Shown here one piece after another: positions 61,808-64,000 of a stretch of 64,000 nucleotides of DNA (its first letter is position 1; each line of letters starts with the position of its first letter). The DNA is from Pseudovirgaria hyperparasitica (Eukaryota): NCBI GenBank assembly GCA_010093815.1, contig ML996585.1; one strand, given 5' to 3'. The notes beneath the pieces are model-generated. The model did no database searches. It had not been told where the DNA came from and saw only the letters and a list, made by a program, of their open reading frames with translations. The position numbers and the translations under genes are program-made.

Positions 61808-62566
61808 TGGAGCGTCCTGAGATCTGGTATGAGTGTCGTGGTTGTAATCTCGCTGCGAGGTCGATATGGGGTTGTAGACGCGCAATTGAAGGTTACAGAG
61901 ACTTGCGCCGTCTTCAGGCGGTGATACGAAGTCGACACGACAGGTTATGTTCAGCGTTGCGCGGTGTAAAGATCAAGATGATGAGTGCAGGACTTCGTGA
62001 GGTCGGAGCGTGGAAGTTCGGAGCAAGAGCTACGAGGCTTGGCAAAGTCAACTTTGGTTGTGCCACTGCTCAGCAGAATACTCCACTCCTGCGATGTATT
62101 TATTATAGAGAAGTTGGATTCTCAGGTCGCCTGGACCTCTGGTCTACCAGGCATTGATCTGAACGACTTCTCATCCCAGCAAGCTGCCTTCAAGGTGAGA
62201 CCAGCCAGTGTCACAGTCCGCGACACTTTCATTGGTCTTCACCATCGCAATTCTACGAAGTGCATCCAGGAAACTATAAATCATATATGCGATAGCATCA
62301 GGTATCAAGCGAACGAATCGAGATACTTCTAATGATTGATTTTCATTCGATCTATTTGCTGTCCGTCGCAACGATATTGTCAATGGACAGAATTATAGCC
62401 TTGTCCCTTCTTCACAAAGCGATAGTACAACTTTTCTATCACAACGCCGCTTGAGCATTTCCAGTCCCAGTAAGATAGAGCAACATTCTGCAATGAGGTA
62501 TGGGGTTCCAGAGCTCTCTAGATATATCATACCACCTATAAAGTAATAGCTAGGCAAGCGGGGGCT

Positions 62567-63974
62567 TCAAAATCTGTGTCTCAGGCAATTCAAGCATGCC
62601 CGAAGATTACAGTCTTGACACTCGAATATGTACCGTCTGAATAGGCTATGACATCCGCGACACTCGATAAAGTCCTTGCCATTGACAGCAAAATATCTAT
62701 CAAATCTGCCTCCGTTGGGTCTGTGTTCGCAGTCCAATTGAAGAGGACTTGGCCATACCGGTGCTTCTCGAGCTCGTACATTTCCTGACCTGGAATTTGG
62801 ATCCGTATAGATGATTCGGTCGACCCTCGCGTGGTCACATTGACACGTCTTCCATACCTTGCCGCATTCATAGCAGAACTGGGCACCACAGGGACATCTA
62901 TAGGATTAGTGAAATGAACACAGACTGACATCTAAGCACTTACTCAATGTGATTGCATCCGGCATCGATTGCTACCATGTGCCGGCACTTCAAGCACTGC
63001 TGCCATTCCTTCTCCTGTGCCGTCGAGAGTAACGACTTGGTGTCTTTATCCTCGGGACAGAGTCCATCGTGTTGGGGGCTCTTGCATACAGCACAGGTCT
63101 TGCGGTTGCATCCCCGACAAGTACCAACACTGGCCTGTATTCTGTCTGGTGGGATGAATCGGTGGCATAGCTCTTCTGAACAGTATGTCGGATTCGGCGT
63201 CGAGAGCTCAATTCTTCGGATTTCGAATTCGGCCAAAAAGTCTCTCGTGAAAAAGTCTTGAACTGAGCTCAGAGGAATGTGACCCTTACAACAGCGAGGT
63301 GGAAACAAGCCACTGTCGGTCATCGATGCTTCAAACATCCCACGAAGACAATCACGACAGTAATTATGTGGTTCTGGCTGGCAGGAGAGCCGGATCACAT
63401 CAAAATGATGAAAGGACTCGCCACACGACGAGCATTCATGTCGGACGATCTCTTGAGCCTTTCCTTTGCCTTTCCCCAACCGTGCCATTGACGACTCTCC
63501 TTTTACAGAGTTGTCGTCGCTATGCTCGTTTTTTACCAGAATATGCGAAGCTGAGTCATCCCAGTCAAGAAGACGTAGTCCAGAAGTGATCTCAGTGACA
63601 ACACGCTCATCATCATGTACAGCAGAGATGACGAGCGCACAGTCATCAAAGAATCTAGTGGACATGTCGCGGTCTTGTACATTGACCTGCTTTCCTCCTA
63701 GGCGACACGCAAGTTCGTGGTCTTGGCTCGCGGTTCTGTCTTGTTGAACGAGGCGAATGATCTCGGTGCGATTTTGTCTTTCTTCCCGAAGAGAGTTACC
63801 AAGAAATTCAAGGGCGCATTTTCGATCATCGACTATTCGAATGTTTGCCTCGAGCTCTGCTCTAAAAGTTTCGAGAGCATTGTCAATGCCGTCACTATCG
63901 TCGGTGCTTGCAAGAATCGTGTTGATATCTTCGAGCCACAGCCTATAGGCCAACTCGATAGACGCAGGATCCAT
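62567..63974 (-). CDS. RBR (RING1-IBR-RING2) E3 ubiquitin ligase
   Basis: RING1 CSSC..C.PEPHNYCRDC..FPPRCC; IBR YCSEELC..CRGC..CAVCK..H; RING2 CLKC..GCNHI | intron 62898-62943 | ECPCGAQFCYECG..WKTCQC. An extra C-terminal Cys cluster follows; stop at 62567-62569. Confidence 0.9.
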
Positions 63975-64000
63975 GTTTGATGAAGGTAAGATGAATGAAA

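Overview
Filamentous ascomycete genomic DNA: short GT-AG introns with CTRAY branch points, and an RIP-like AT-rich patch. It holds about 20 protein-coding genes. Housekeeping or conserved genes include a CaMK C-terminus, a tandem-bromodomain RSC-type protein, SNX4/ATG24, ADK2, LETM1/MDM38, meaB, an acyltransferase, an amino-acid permease, a SUR7-family protein, palC, a complex I NDUFB10-type subunit and an RBR E3 ligase. An accessory patch at 4.8-13 kb carries a trans-enoyl reductase, a HET pseudogene, a MARVEL-like protein and a dienelactone hydrolase. A simple-repeat-rich block spans 28-46 kb. The most striking unexplained structure is a gap-free array of exactly 53-bp units, each a ~37-bp semi-conserved quasi-palindromic core plus a ~16-bp variable segment: 17 units at 44358-45258 and 5 more at 45906-46155. 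The array is split by a hairpin-rich ~650-bp insert. A probable inverted, G-drifted copy of the same unit lies at ~42900-43190, so an orphan acidic CxxH/CxxC gene (43227-44228) sits between two outward-facing arrays. Other points: a nested-stem structured first intron in the bromodomain gene and a multi-isoform architecture at meaB. All family assignments come from recalled motifs; no database search was run.
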